In this document: piece by piece, positions 13,201 to 27,400 of the stretch
Position numbering within the stretch: position 1 is the first letter of the stretch
Layout: each line of letters opens with the position of its first letter
Assembly (NCBI GenBank): GCA_965644295.1
Contig: CBFFRP010000366.1
Span: forward strand, 1 to 64,000
Source of the DNA: Paraphysomonas bandaiensis
Taxonomy: Eukaryota; Protista; Chrysophyceae
Reading direction: 5' to 3'
DNA: 64,000 nucleotides
Translations under genes and position numbers: made by a program
The notes under the pieces: generated by a model
The model's input: the letters and a program-made list of their open reading frames with translations, nothing else
Told to the model about the DNA's origin: nothing
Database searches by the model: none

Positions 13201-16200
13201 CTATGAACCCAACCGTGAGTAGAACGCGAATACTTCCCACAACATCACGTCCACTTAAATCATCTGCACTTGTCCATGTATCTACAAACTCAATCAATAT
13301 AGAGCGACTCACTGAAGCAAAGTCAACAGACACCGCACTGTCGTCAGATGACTCTGACTCCTGCATTCGTCGCCTCTGCCTCTCCAATGGAAGCGTGCAT
13401 TCACATGTTGTATTGAAGCCAGTGTACTCTATCATCGTACATGATACATTATCGTCCCCAATAGCATCACACGTAACTGAGAAATCATGAACAGGGCATG
13501 AACGGGATACAGTTCCTGATGAAGACCCGTTACATGATAGAGTGATAATATCACCTGCCAGACATTTGTACTCTTGCGATATCGGTTCTCCTTTCTCACA
13601 ATCTAAATAGAGTGTGCCGATATCATTATCATCAGACACATGACTATCGGGGATACTCTTCACATTCTGTAGGACAACAGTCAGGTTGCAGGCATCAGAT
13701 GAAGAAGAATTACAGGGGGAGTTGTCAAAGCGAAGACCAAAAGGAACACTTAAAGAATACGTATCATTACTGAAGTGAGACACTAATGATTCAACAACAG
13801 CAACTTTAAACGCAGTTTGATACGCACTCTGAGGTATCACTGCAGTCTGAGAGCTCGAGCCTACCAAATCTTCAAGAATAGTTCGAGGTGAAGTGACAGT
13901 AGAATTGTCCCGTCCATCAAGAGATAAACATGTAAAGCGAAACAAATTACTCACTACATCAATTGAGTTCTGTCCTTCAACCATATCCAGCAATATGAAG
14001 TCGTAATAGGCTTGATATAACACGAAGGATGTTCTCCCGGCAGATGGGTCGGCATCAAGAACTAAGTCTAAAACAGTGCTCACTGCAGTGATGTCTTCAT
14101 AAGACAAGCCAAGGTCGATGGCATCTGCAATGAACTCCACTGTCATGGATGCTATCAAATCTTTCGTTTTATCCTCAATACCGCTTGAATCGCTGCATAT
14201 AGAGGCCAAACCTTCTATCCAAGAGACAAGAGTATCTGCTGAAGGGTCTTCCAGAAGCGAGACACTACGAATCGCTTCCGCAAGCTGATGCCGTGTTTGC
14301 AAAGTCTGATTAAATTCATCTACGCTATACTCACACGACTGACCAGTGAAGCCATCGTAACAAGCGCAGATAGCTTTGCAGTGAACACTCAGCACATTGC
14401 AAGTGGTGTACGTGACATTGACATCGTATACAGATACATATTGGCAATACCCAGAATACGAACACTCTCCAGGACAGGCCTTAGGCATGATAACACATAT
14501 ATTGGAATCGCACATTTCCCACTGCGTGACGTCACAGTCACTGTTTCGGGTGCATGACGTCGGAATCGACGAACCCATTGAAAGGCGTCTTCTCTTGTCA
14601 TCGCTCAAGTGTAAACAGTACGTATTCGCATGTCCACTTTCTCCAGCATATCCTTCCAAACACTCTCCACATGTACTCGCAGTTGTCGTGCAGTCGAACC
14701 TATTCAGACTTGTACAATTAGGGGCGGAAGAGCAATTCACACTGTTTAGAATTGAGGTTGTGGTTGCAATTGCCTTTTTCATCTCATCAGCATAGCCATT
14801 CGAGTTCGCAAGAGCATCTGCAAGGTAGTTCCGTTTGTCCTCTGCAGAGAGCTCCTGCCTCTTTACCTCCACAGACCGATAGGAAGCAATCTTGGCATCA
14901 AGAATGTCAAAAACTTGTAATCTTGTTCTAAGCATGAAATCCGCAGAATCTTTCCCTGCCGGCAAGTCGGTAGACACGTAAGAGAGCTCCAACCGCGACC
15001 GGTGAACAAGATACGCTCCAGATGAGCCTTGATAAGCGAATTCGTAAGATAACGGAATATCAGAATCTTCCCACTTTGAAGCCAAAAATGTAAAATCCGT
15101 GTCAAGCATGGTGCCTGTGGGTGGCGAAACAGAGTAGCTACCCGGATATGGAGGAGAATTAGTCGATATCGTAATGCCAGCAGTCGCAGCGTACCCTGTA
15201 TCTAGGCTGCACGCAAGTTGGAAGCTAAATTTCGACTCCTGGGGTAGATTGTTAGGTGGTAGCACCAGACTCAAGGTATACACTTCCCGAGATGACGCTG
15301 GAGGTGCTATCGCTTTTGTCACTTCGGACAGTGAAACCGATTGCAGGTGTATTGACGGATCATCAACAGACCAAGTTGCTGTACCACCAGCGGCAACTTC
15401 CACGGTGGCAAGTAGTTTGAATTTCTGAGAGGGATTGATTCGAGTCCCGCTTGACGATGAAAGGGTCACTAATGGAGCCAGAGATGGAAGAACAGTGACT
15501 ACAACTGTTGTGGTAGAAGATCGAAAATCTTTTGTGTGAAAAACCTTCACAGTCAGCTGATGAACGCTATTGATCATCGTATCACTGGCATTCTGAGGAA
15601 CAGATAATGACACCTGTGAAGGTGAAATAGCTGACATAACCAAGTCGCTGACAGCTTTGTATGACGGATAGGTTTGTGCACAGGTAAAGGCAAACGACAA
15701 TTCCGCACCAATGCCTGTGGCTTCGTTATTATCTTCGTCGTAGCTTCCAGACGCATCAACATATGCTGAGCTATCCGTTCGAACACCCCTACTAGATGAT
15801 CCAGACACCTTCGCAACAACCAACCCTTTGACCACTGTCACTGACACCGAAGCGGAGGAATACTTCAACGAATTTGTGTGCTGAGCTGTCAGGGTTACAG
15901 TATATACAGTCCCAACTTCCAGAGTGTAAGGCAACAACTTGAACGTCCGCGGGTCACTCGCTAGAGATACTAAGCTGAGAGGGGCCCCTTGTGCAAATAT
16001 TTTCCACGAATATAGTATATTCGCAGTGCTGGTCGCCCCACCACATACGGAGGTGTAAGCTTGACCAGTGACTGATAGCGGAGAATATCTGTACTGCAAC
16101 CTCAGCTTCTTAGAATTCAAAGATACTACAGGAACATTCTCAGATGAAGAAACAACAAAAGGGTGCGTTGACCTCCCACAACCACCGATAAAATTACACA

Positions 16201-19200
16201 TAACTACAGAAATACTGTATGCAACTCCTGGATACAGTAAGTCCCGTGGCACTATCAGGACGCCTGATGCTTCGTAATTGGTGTTCAAATAAGCAGTAAC
16301 CAAGGAAACATTCTCATGAGTTCCATAAACATTAAATGATACATTCACAAAGGGGCGCCCCCCTGATCCCTTGGATCCAGAAATATCTATAGGTAGTGAG
16401 TCACATGGTCCAATCTGAGAAGGTGATATAATCGATAGAGCGGGAACAATAGGCGTTTGCGGAGCATGTACTCTGATAGAGGCCAATGACCTAAATTGCC
16501 AAGTACTGCAAGCAGGACCGTTGTTCAGGACTTTACATTTAGCTCGAATCTTATTCGCTCGCAGTGTAATTACATCAGACACACCAACTACTCCACTCGC
16601 CCCAGGAAATATCGACACTCTGGAATCATCGACCCATAGACATCTCGTATCCTTCTGAATACCGGGAAACGAAAACACATCCATGCAGTTGAAATTATTG
16701 GTATATCCTGCACGATTGGTGGGTGCATCAAACAGCACTAGAATCTTAGTTCCATCTTTAAGAAAGGTCGCAGATTTCAATACTGGAACCGCAGGTTCCG
16801 CATCAACAGCAAGCACAGTGATAAAACTTGAGGGAATATAGGAAATGACATAATCACTTGCTGATAATCCTGACATTGTAAATGCCAAGGCGTACACACC
16901 AGCGTTCTGGCGAATATACGCCACATACTCAACAGACGACGAAGTGAAAGCCACAGACGATGGGACAAACGGATATACTGTTGAGTTTTGAAAGGCAGCC
17001 AGTGATACATTTAAATCATTAGGTATTACATCACCAGCATCGAGCTTCAATGCAACAGCCATGTCTTCTCCACTCGAGTACGAGGTCGCAATCAATTCAA
17101 CACTTAAAATTCGACAGCATGCCGTTTTTGCCGCTGATTTGGTCCCACGCATTAAATCAAAATCCATTGGAGTGTCTAATGCAGAGTATGTAGCGCAGTA
17201 CACATCATAATCTGAAGACGCAATTAAACCGTCAATGATAAATGGCACAGTCGTTGATGTAATCGATATCAAGTCGTTGTGAAGAAGAAGAGTACTAACA
17301 GTAGATGGAACAAATGAATCCGACGTTAGATACGCTGCGCAAACGAGAGACCCTTCCGGTACATCGACAGCTACTGTGGCTGTAATCGAGTTAGTTGTGC
17401 TGGATACAGTTACGCTCAATATATCCGATGCCACTGATAACTCGGTAAAAGCTATGTGCAATATGTTTAATATCGTAGGATAAAGGGGTTTCTCAACCTC
17501 ATCACATGGACTATCGTATATGATCGCAGATGGGGTAACAGTTGATGGCGTGCATGGAGAGCTAGTACAGTTCGCACACAGGAATGCAGAAGTCATGCTC
17601 CCACAACGACCTACCATCCACCTCGTATCATGACATTTGAACGACATGGAAGAAGACACGGTTGCCTTGGATACTGACAGAAGTGTGGCCACAATATCAG
17701 CAGCAGTTGCGCTATCGTTACAAGTCACAGTCACTGATTCGAGGTCAGCTGAGTAGTCTACTGTCGATATCATACTGAGAGAAGAAGCTGCATAGGTAAT
17801 CAATGTTGTCACAATATCGTCATTGACGAAGACATCCCATTCGTCACATGTACCGTACCCACGTTCACCTTTGACTACTAAGCTCGCAAAAGTACTTCTC
17901 GCTCCAAGGTCAATGCCATTGATATATGTATCATATTTATCTTTCCACAGCGTCATGAATGATATGGACGGAGACAGAGAAGGTACAAACGTAGGACTCA
18001 TGGAGAGTGTTGGTGGCAAAGTTGGATAGTGAGTAACTGTAGGAACTGGCGCGTATGTCGGTCGGCAAGTTGGAGATGACGTCGGTACCCTAGTAGGAAT
18101 ACTAGTAGGTGAAAATGTGGGAAACCTTGTAGGTGATATTGTAGGTTTAGATGATGGCACTGAGGTGGGATACGAGCTGGGATCATAAGTGGGAATGTAC
18201 GTGGGGTGCCCAGTCGGCTCCCCACTTGGCTGCCAACTCGGAACTACTGTTGGCATAGCAGATGGTATTCTCGAAGGTTGACTACTAGGCGAGGCACTTG
18301 GGAAAGATGAAGGCTGCCCAGAAGGAACAGTTGAAGGCAAGGTTGTTGGTAAACCAGATGGTCTACAACTTGGTTGACCTGTAGGCAATCCTGTAGGCTG
18401 ACCAGAAGGTTCGCCAGTGGGTTGGCCAGTTGGTTCCCCTGACGGCTGAGCACTAGGTTGGCTGGAAGGTTCGCCCGTCGGTTGTCCTGTAGGTTCCGCT
18501 GAAGGCAGGCCGGACGGTTCAACTGTGGGTTGCCCTGTAGGCTCCCCTGAAGGTTGGCTGGAAGGTACACCTGTGGGTTGACATGATGGCTGTTCTGTAG
18601 GTTCACTCGATGGCTGTCCAGTAGGATAACCAGATGGCCCACCTGTGGGTTGACATGATGGCTCACCTGTTGGTTCACCAGATGGTTTTCCTGTCGGCAG
18701 ATATGACGGCAGTTCAGAAGGGATCCCAGATGGCTGTCCTGTTGGTGGACACGATGGCTGTCCAGTAGGGATACCAGATGGCCCACCTGTGGGTTGACAT
18801 GATGGCTGCCCTGTTGGTTCACCAGATGGTTGTCCTGTCGGCAGATATGACGGCAGTCCAGAAGGGATCCCAGATGGCTCACCTGTTGGTTCACCAGATG
18901 GTTGTCCTGTTGGTGAACACGATGGCTGTCCAGTAGGATAACCAGATGGCCCACCTGTGGGTTGACATGATGGCTCACCTGTTGGTTCACCAGATGGTTT
19001 TCCTGTCGGCAGATATGACGGCAGTTCAGAAGGGATCCCAGATGGCTGTCCTGTTGGTGGACACGATGGCTGTCCAGTAGGGATACCAGATGGCCCACCT
19101 GTGGGTTGACATGATGGCTGCCCTGTTGGTTCACCAGATGGTTGTCCTGTCGGCAGATATGACGGCAGTCCAGAAGGGATCCCAGATGGCTCACCTGTTG

Positions 19201-22200
19201 GTTCACCAGATGGTTGTCCTGTTGGTGAACACGATGGCTGTCCAGTAGGGATACCAGATGGCCCACCTGTGGGTTGACATGATGGTTGGCCTGTTGGTTC
19301 ACCAGATGGCTGTCCTGTTGGTGGACACGATGGCTGTCCAGTAGGGATCCCAGATGGCTGACCTGTTGGTTCACCAGATGGTTGTCCTGTCGGCAGATAT
19401 GACGGCAGTTCAGAAGGGATCCCAGATGGCTGTCCTGTTGGTGAACACGATGGCTGTCCAGTAGGGATACCAGATGGCCCACCTGTGGGTTGACATGATG
19501 GCTGCCCTGTTGGTTCACCAGATGGTTGTCCTGTCGGCAGATATGACGGCAGTCCAGAAGGGATCCCAGATGGCTGTTCTGTTGGTTCACCAGATGGTTG
19601 TCCAGTAGGGATACCAGATGGCCCACCTGTGGGTTGACATGATGGCTCACCTGTTGGTTCACCAGATGGTTGTCCTGTCGGCAGATATGACGGCAGTTCA
19701 GAAGGGATCCCAGATGGCTGTCCTGTTGGTTCACCAGATGGTTGTCCTGTCGGCAGATATGACGGCAATCCAGTAGGGATCCCAGATGGCTGTTCTGTTG
19801 GTGGACACGATGGCTGTCCAGTAGGGATACCAGATGGCCCACCTGTGGGTTGACATGATGGTTGGCCTGTTGGTTCACCAGATGGTTGTCCTGTCGGCAG
19901 ATATGACGGCAGTCCAGAAGGGATACCAGATGGCTGTCCTGTTGGTGAACACGATGGCTGTCCAGTAGGGATCCCAGATGGCTCACCTGTTGGTTCACCA
20001 GATGGTTGTCCTGTCGGCAGATATGACGGCAGTCCAGTAGGGATCCCAGATGGCTGTCCTGTTGGTGGACACGATGGCTGTCCAGTTGGGATCTCAGATG
20101 GCCCACCTGTGGGTTGACATGATGGCTGCCCTGTTGGTGAACTCGATGGCTGTCCAGTAGGGATACCAGATGGCTGCCCTGTTGGTTCACCAGATGGTTG
20201 TCCTGTCGGCAGATATGACGGCAGTCCAGAAGGGATACCAGATGGCTGTCCTGTTGGTGAACACGATGGCTGTCCAGTAGGGATCCCAGATGGCTCACCT
20301 GTTGGTTCACCAGATGGTTGTCCTGTCGGCAGATATGACGGCAGTCCAGTAGGGATCCCAGATGGCTGTCCTGTTGGTGGACACGATGGCTGTCCAGTTG
20401 GGATCTCAGATGGCCCACCTGTGGGTTGACATGATGGCTGCCCTGTTGGTGAACTCGATGGCTGTCCAGTAGGGATACCAGATGGCTGCCCTGTTGGTTC
20501 ACCGGATGGTTGTCCTGTCGGCAGATATGACGGCAGTCCAGAAGGGATCCCAGATGGCTGTTCTGTTGGTGGACACGATGGCTGTCCAGTAGGGATACCA
20601 GATGGCCCACCTGTGGGTTGACATGATGGCTGCCCTGTTGGTTCACCAGATGGTTGTCCTGTCGGCAGATATGACGGCAGTCCAGAAGGGATACCAGATG
20701 GCTCACCTGTTGGTTCACCAGATGGTTGTCCTGTCGGCAGATATGACGGCAGTCCAGAAGGGATCCCAGATGGCTGTTCTGTTGGTGGACACGATGGCTG
20801 TCCAGTAGGGATACCAGATGGCTGTTCTGTTGGTGGACACGATGGCTGTCCAGTAGGGATCCCAGATGGCTCACCTGTTGGTTCACCAGATGGTTGTCCT
20901 GTCGGCAGATATGACGGCAGTCCAGAAGGGATACCAGATGGCTGTCCTGTTGGTGAACACGATGGCTGTCCAGTAGGGATCCCGGATGGCTGCCCTGTTG
21001 GTTCACCAGATGGTTGTCCTGTCGGCAGATATGACGGCAGTCCAGAAGGGATCCCAGATGGCTGTTCTGTTGGTGGACACGATGGCTGTCCAGTTGGGAT
21101 CTCAGATGGCCCACCTGTGGGTTGACATGACGGTAGTCCTGAAGGGAAAGGAGTCGGTGCAGGTGTCGGTCTCAAGCATTCATGGTAACTGGATTGTGTG
21201 AGGAAGAATGTTGTTAATTTCGTCTTTGAACATAGTTCGGAAGGGTAGACACCTGTGAACATATTGTTATCACCCATTAGAAGTTGTAATTTGGTTAGAC
21301 TGGAAAAAGAGTTGGGGAGAGAACCCGTAAAGGAATTGTATTGCAAATAGAGATTAACAAGAAAAGACATCTGACCCAATGATGAGGGGAGAGAACCCGT
21401 TAAGGAATTGTCATATAGGCCGAGATAACCAAGAGAAGTCATCTGACCTAGTGATGAAGGGAGAGTACCGATGAGAGAGTTGGAACCAATATTCAAATAT
21501 GTCAATGCAGTCATATTACCGATAAATGAGGGGAGAGGACCCGTTAAGGAATTGCTATGTAGATCGAGATAACCAAGAAAAGACATCTGACCCAATGATG
21601 AGGGGAGAGAACCCGTTAAGGAATTATCATATAGATTGAGATAACTAAGAGATGTCATCTGACCTAGTGATGAAGGGAGAGTACCGATGAGAGAGTTGGA
21701 ACTAATATTCAAATATGTCAACGCAGTCATATCACCGAATGATGAGGGGAGAGATCCTGATATCCCATAACTAGATAAGCTCACGCTGGTTATGTCTGAT
21801 CCTGTACAAGTGACTCCAATGAAACTGCACTTATTCCCCACATTCGCACAGGTCCATTCAGACCGTTTGGAGGTAACATCAGTAGCCTCAATGAAATCAC
21901 ACAGCACTGCCTCTTCCAGGCTAATTGTCGGTTCATCAGATGGTTGTCCTGAAGGAAAAGGAGTCGGTGCAGATGTCGGTCTCAAGCATTCATGGTAACT
22001 GCTTTGTGTGAGGTAGAATTCTGATAATATAGTCATTGTGCATAGCTCGGAAGGGTAGACACCTGTGAACATATTGCCATCACCCCCTAGGACTTGTAAT
22101 TCGGTTAGACTGGAAAAAGAGTCGGGGAGAGGACCCACTAAGGAGTTGTCATTTAGAATGAGAGCAGTAAGAGAAATCATCTGACCAAATGATGAGGGAA

Positions 22201-23092
22201 GAGGACCCGTTAAGGAATTGCTATGTAGATCGAGATAACCAAGAGAAGTCATCTGACCCAATGATGAGGGGAGAGAACCCGTTAAGGAATTGTCATATAG
22301 ACAGAGACCATGAAGAGTAGTCATCTGACCCAATGATGAGGGGAGAGTACCGATGAGAGAGTTGGAACTAATATTCAAATATGTCAACGCAGTCATATTA
22401 CCGAAAGATGAGGGGAGAGGACCCGTTAAGGAATTGCTATGTAGATCGAGATAACCAAGAGAAGTCATCTGACCCAATGATGAGGGGAGAGAACCCGCTA
22501 AGGAATTGTCATATAGACAGAGACCATGAAGAGTAGTCATCTGACCCAATGATGAGGGGAGAGGACCCGTTAAGGAATTGCTATGTAGATCGAGATAACC
22601 AAGAGAAGTCATCTGACCAAATGATGAGGGGAGAGGACCCGTTAAGGAATTATCATATAGATTGAGATAACCAAGAGAAGTCATCTGACCCAATGATGAG
22701 GGGAGAGGACCCGTTAAGGAATTGTCATATAGATTGAGATAACCAAGAGTAGTCATCTGACCCAATGATGAGGGAAGGGTACCGATGAGAGAGTTGGAAC
22801 CAATATTCAAATATGTCAATGCAGTCATATAACTGATAGATGAGGGGAGAGATCCTGATATCCCATCATAATATAAGTTCACTCCGGTTATGTCCGATCC
22901 TGTACAGGTGACTCCACTGAAACTGCATTTATTCCCCACATTCGCACAGGTCCATTCAGACCGTTTGGAGGTAACATTAGTAGCCTCAATGAATTCACAC
23001 AGCGCTTCCTCTTGTGAGGCAACTGTGAGAGTTATCAATTGAAAAATAAGTAAACTGATCAACAGAAATATACAGCGAATGAAAAGATTCAT
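10291..23092 (-). CDS. Giant LRR / PT-repeat / REJ-domain polycystin-1-like multi-pass membrane receptor (~4248 aa; exons 23092-12199 and 12143-10291)
   Basis: Signal peptide; two capped plant-type LRR modules (LxxLxLxxNSLTGPLP); about 1100 aa of PT/PS repeats; REJ-like region (VDASGSYDED); Cys-rich EGF-like segments; GPS-like C..TTCEC motif before a TM helix; further TM helices. A 55-nt gtaagt..tgtag intron (12144-12198) joins the two ORFs in frame (FDCVWGEE...MILKL). Confidence 0.85.
18030..21170 (-). repeat. Coding minisatellite (12-bp PTGQ/PSGE-type units in higher-order blocks)
   Basis: Tetrapeptide repeats PSGI/PTGQ/PSCP/PSYL/PSGE within the giant ORF. Confidence 0.95.
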
Positions 23093-23329
23093 ATGTATAC
23101 AAACATATACACAAACATATATACGAGAGAATAGAATGAAATATATGAGAGGTTATTGTGTGGATTATCATTACAATTGCTCGGGATAGGGTAGCCCAGC
23201 ACCCCAAAGCATGGAGTAGATGTACCAAGGGGATGATGTGATACTAGTATATTTCTATCATCACAGTAGCACAGTAGGCCCCCCCAATATACCATATGAT
23301 TACAGCACTGTATGTCTTACAGAGTACAC

Positions 23330-23860
23330 GTATGTATGTATGTATGTAGGTATGTAGGTATGTATGTAGGTATGTAGGTAGGTAGGTAGGTATGTATTTA
23401 TGTATGTATGTATGTATGTATGTATGTATGTATGTATGTATGTATGTATGTATGTATGTATGTATGTATGTATGTATGTATGTATGTATGTATGTATGTA
23501 TGTATGTATGTATGTATGTATGTATGTATGTATGTATGTATGTATGTATGTATGTATGTATGTATGTATGTATGTATGTATGTATGTATGTATGTATGTA
23601 TGTATGTATGTATGTATGTATGTATGTATGTATGTATGTATGTATGTATGTATGTATGTATGTATGTATGTATGTATGTATGTATGTATGTATGTATGTA
23701 TGTATGTATGTATGTATGTATGTATGTATGTATGTATGTATGTATGTATGTATGTATGTATGTATGTATGTATGTATGTATGTATGTATGTATGTATGTA
23801 TGTATGTATGTATGTATGTATGTATGTATGTATGTATGTATGTATTGTATGTATGTATGT
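23330..23860. repeat. (TATG)n microsatellite, about 530 bp
   Basis: Near-perfect TATG run at about 23399-23844 with TAGG variants at the left edge. Confidence 0.98.
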
Positions 23861-23875
23861 ACTCATTGTGGTATA

Positions 23876-24103
23876 CACTGGTTGACTACCTAAATTGCAC
23901 AAACACATAAATGCATAAAAAATAGGCTGCATAAACTCATGAATTTATGCAGATTTATGTTTTTTTAGGAGACCCCTCCGGACCCCTCGTACAAACTATC
24001 CTATATGCATAAACATATGCAGAAACTGGGTCTGAATAGATTTCTATAATCCCAGATTTTTTATGCATTTATGTATTTATGCAATTTAGGTAGTCACCCA
24101 CTG
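23876..24103. mobile_element. Tc1/mariner/pogo-type MITE (228 bp)
   Basis: TA|cactggttgactacctaaattgcacaaacacataaatgcataaaa ... ttttatgcatttatgtatttatgcaatttaggtagtcacccactg|TA: ~45-bp TIRs, TA TSD, CAGTGG-type end. Confidence 0.88.
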
Positions 24104-24403
24104 TAAGGTATTGTGTGTATAACAGAAATTCAGGAAAAGATGGCACCAAACTTCCTCCATACCCCCATATATATATATGTATAGGTCCAGTGACACCTCA
24201 ACGAAGTGTGACTTTCACTGCAGTAACAATGCAGCACATACAGTATTTCTTTGAAGAAAGTGCAGGTATCTATTAGTGTCATAGTATCGTGTATATAAAG
24301 AAGTGTAACATGACTATGAGGATTCATATACCCCTTCAAGATATATATCCATCTATTCAATAGGTTCATATCTCCATACATAAAACACCATCCAAACCTC
24401 ATA

Positions 24404-27400
24404 ATGAAGAGAGCAAAATCTTCTAAAATCCGTGTAGAGGAACCGGTAGCAAAGATCAGGAGATCATCATGGATTGATCAGTTACTGTTTCCATCTCTAC
24501 CAGACCATTATACACTACGAAAGAAATTTCAGATAGCAAAGAACACCTCAACTCTGGGAGTGTGTTATGATATATCGCAAGATATATGCTCTATACTAAT
24601 GTGTGCAGTATATGTAACTACAACGTATTATCGCTCTTATGATGTGGTGCACCTCCTGCTGATGTTAGATATCGCCATATCTGGATATGTGATGGTAGAT
24701 ATATTATTTAATTGGTATCTCAATGGTAGTGTACTGTATTTATTGGAGTTTACGGCTATAGTGGACTTGTTATCAGTGTTTCCAACTTTCTTCGGAGTTG
24801 TATTCGTTATCATATTGAAGCAAGATATTAGCTTTATACTGACACAGCTTGTATCGACTCTACGATTGATTCGAGTCATTCGAATATTTAAAACTTTGCG
24901 CTTTTTTCATGGCATTAGAAGAGCAGAGTTGAAATTGATCTTGACTCTTGCGTGTATGGTATTTGTTACTGCTGGAATTATTCAGTTCTTGGAAAGTGAC
25001 TTCAAGCAGAGCCAACTGGATTGCCGGTATATTAATGAAGACACGAACTGGCAACCGTCGTGTAGCCGCACGGTTCCAAGCGTGGAGTTGGACTCCTGTG
25101 ACTGTAACGAAAATTTTTGCGAGGGCTTGTATGATGTAAGTTTGTGTATTAGTTTTGTATTGAATTTACCTTGTCTGTAGTATAAAAACGAGCGTGGAAA
25201 GCCTTCAATGGTTCGTTGTCAAACGCTCAAATATCACACAGCAGTATACTATATCATCATTACTACCGCTATGGTTGGGTACGGCGACATTTTACCTTCA
25301 ACTATTTACTCCAAGGCGATAATTATTCTCTTAATCATGGTATCTTTGGTAACTATCCCGGCCCAAATCAACGAGTTAAACATGCTACTCAGCAAGAAGT
25401 CCTCCTATCGAGAAGCATACAAGCCAGGCAGGGGCGATAACCATGTGATTGTATGCGGTTTCGTGAACAATAAACATAAAGTGGAACAGTTCTTCAAGGA
25501 GTTCTTTCATCCAGATAGAATGTTTTCTTCTGGGCCTGAGTTTCATGCCGTTCTTCTTTGTCCCGTTGAACCCACAGAAGAAGTTAAGAATCTGATATTT
25601 AGCCCAATGCTAGACTCCCGCGTCACTTATGTGATTGGGTCTGCACTCTCTGTAGAGGACCTCAAGAAAGTGAGGGCAGATGTAGCGTCGGGAATGTTTT
25701 TTTTGTGTAATACTGAGGTTTCAACAGCTGCGGCTCAGATTGAGGATGCTACCACGGTGATGCGTACCTTGTCTGTGTCTAATTTCAACCCAGACTTGGA
25801 GTGTTTTGTTCAGGTTCTACGCCCTGAAGATAGAGTAATCCTCAAAGATAGTGATGTAGAGGTCATCCTTTGTCTGGATGAATTCAAAACGACGCTTATG
25901 GCACGTAATTCTTTATGTCCAGGATTCTCTACGTTTGTGGAAAATATATTTCATAGCTTTGGCAACGTGCCTGCGGAAATGGAAGCAGCTCTACCTCCAT
26001 GGTACGGAGAGTACCTCTATGGTGCTCGCATGGAATTTTATTATGTTCCCCTGGACCAAGATTTCCTTAGGGCTATAGATTTCAGCTTTGACCAGTTATG
26101 TGAAAGCGTATACCTTGAGTGGGGAATTGTTGTATTGGGTTTGTGTAATGCTGAGCAAGACTCGATAACTTTCAACCCTAGCCGGAAAGACCTGGGATCA
26201 CACAAGTCTCTTAAGTCTTTTTTCCAAGAATTTAATGTTGCCCTTATCATGGCTGACGACAAGTTCCAGGCAGAAGACGTATCTCGAGGACTTTCGGATG
26301 TTGCAAAGGTGGGATCTATACTACAGAAAATCGAACTTGAGGAGGATAAGTTTCCTGTTAGACATCGTGTGTCTCGAATGGGAAAGACGGTTGGAGAAAG
26401 GGGTAAGAAGAGGGGACTCCAGCGGAATAGGGTACTGGCGCCCCAACAGCGCAGCCCGGGAGCCGATATCGGGAAGCTGGGAATGTCATTTCTCCAAAAA
26501 CTTCAGACGAAGTCTTTTAAGGGTAACGCAGTGCGCACTGCGTCACAGTGTGGAGACTTCATGTCGGATTCGGATGATTCGGACAACGATGAGCATTATA
26601 TTGGCTATGCCAAGAAAGCGACAGAAGTAAATGCGACTGATGTTTTGGAGGGAGGGGAGGATGGGTTTACCCGTGCCTCCGTCATGTACACTAAAAGTCA
26701 CAGCAACGTTAGCAATATCTCTGATCCATTCTTGAAGATAGAAGTGAATAACGAAACGAAGAAACCAGTACGGAAGGCAAGACAGTCCATTATATCTAAG
26801 GCAATGAGTAGTGTGCCAATTGTACGCAGCATATCTAATGAGACCACTTTATCTGGTGGTTCCAGGGCAGCTAGAAAGAGTATGGTCATCCCAGCTCTAA
26901 AGAAGAAACCCATCCGGCGTGGATCCAAGATGCCCATAAAGGAGGTCGAAGATGACAGCGGTTCAAATGAGTCAGACGACATGAACAAGACCCAAACTGA
27001 GAATGAAGGTACGGATAAACCTGCTGATGCCGTTCCTGCGAATGGGGATATGGCCGTTGAAGAAACTGTTTCTTCCACTCCAGCCAAGAACTCAGGGCCG
27101 GAAACTACGAAACCTTCTCCCCAAACGAACACTTTGTGGCCGTCACATCGTGACGAGAAGAAAATTCACCCCACAGCGGATAATTCTTCTGGTGAACATA
27201 CACCAATGATATCTGTTGGCTCAATCTCTGAAGGCACGAATTCCTCTCCAAGTCGAACAACAGCCCCTTTTGCCAGCCCTTTGGCGACCCCTGTATCTCG
27301 CACTAAACTTCCCCCACTAGTGATTAGTACAGAAAAGACTATAAAGCATAAGCCGAAGAAAAAGTCGAAGAAAAAAGTAGCAGGCCCAAGTTCCGACCTC

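Noticed and set aside
18244-21114. 956-aa His/Gln-rich ORF overlapping the giant gene
   Set aside because: Alternative frame of the 12-bp coding minisatellite; it lacks stops only because of the repeat.
23300-23932. MYVC/HTYI-repeat ORFs (also at 36935-37479 and 63473-63822)
   Set aside because: Translations of (TATG)n microsatellites.
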